A DNA stretch of 63,542 nt, filler included, from Octopus bimaculoides (lineage: Eukaryota), in assembly GCF_001194135.2 (NCBI RefSeq). It is 8 parts of 7 records of this genome, joined end to end, with 100 filler letters (N's around TTAATTAATTAA, not from the genome) between each part and the next. Parts side by side here need not be neighbours in the genome. Positions count along the whole stretch, not along the records: positions 61,367 to 63,542 come from NC_068983.1; 7 more parts are not named here. One strand, given 5' to 3'. The notes under the pieces were generated by a model, which had not been told where the DNA came from, made no database searches, and saw only the letters and a list, made by a program, of their open reading frames with translations. This document shows, one piece after another, positions 63,491-63,542 of this stretch (positions within the stretch are counted from its first letter, which is position 1; each line of letters opens with the position of its first letter). A program made the position numbers and the translations under genes.

Positions 63491-63542
63491 CAACTAACTT
63501 ATTATTATTATTATCATTATTATTATTATTATTATTATTATT

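Overview
This is AT-rich, gap-ridden eukaryotic genomic DNA dominated by microsatellites and short interspersed repeats. The repeat families and protein style suggest an octopus or other cephalopod (inference, not verified). There is one clear protein-coding gene: an intronless 639-aa ADAM/ADAMTS-like (M12B reprolysin) precursor at 13375-15294 (+). It has a signal peptide, prodomain, RKKR furin site, ADAMTS-type Cys-rich domain, two Cys-rich C-terminal repeats and a GPI-like tail. Its zinc motif has changed from HExxHxxGxxHD to QLIGRSVGIPFD, so it is probably an intact but catalytically dead, surface-anchored pseudo-protease. Most of the rest is mobile DNA: a decayed DD37D Tc1/mariner with an internal inverted duplication, four fragments of REL-endonuclease (R4/Dong-like) non-LTR retrotransposons, two Tx1/L1-like 3' ends, and dozens of copies of at least five modular SINE families (working labels A-E), some with TSDs, nested, dimeric or inverted. 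Reading by eye also finds three type I hammerhead-ribozyme-like motifs (8306-8352 +, 11075-11147 +, 51837-51879 -), a near-identical 168-bp direct duplication, and several cryptic minisatellites. Most ORF-track entries are artefacts of N gaps or simple repeats. There is no CRISPR array, rRNA or true tRNA gene. Repeat boundaries were read by eye and are approximate unless a TSD or TIR is quoted.
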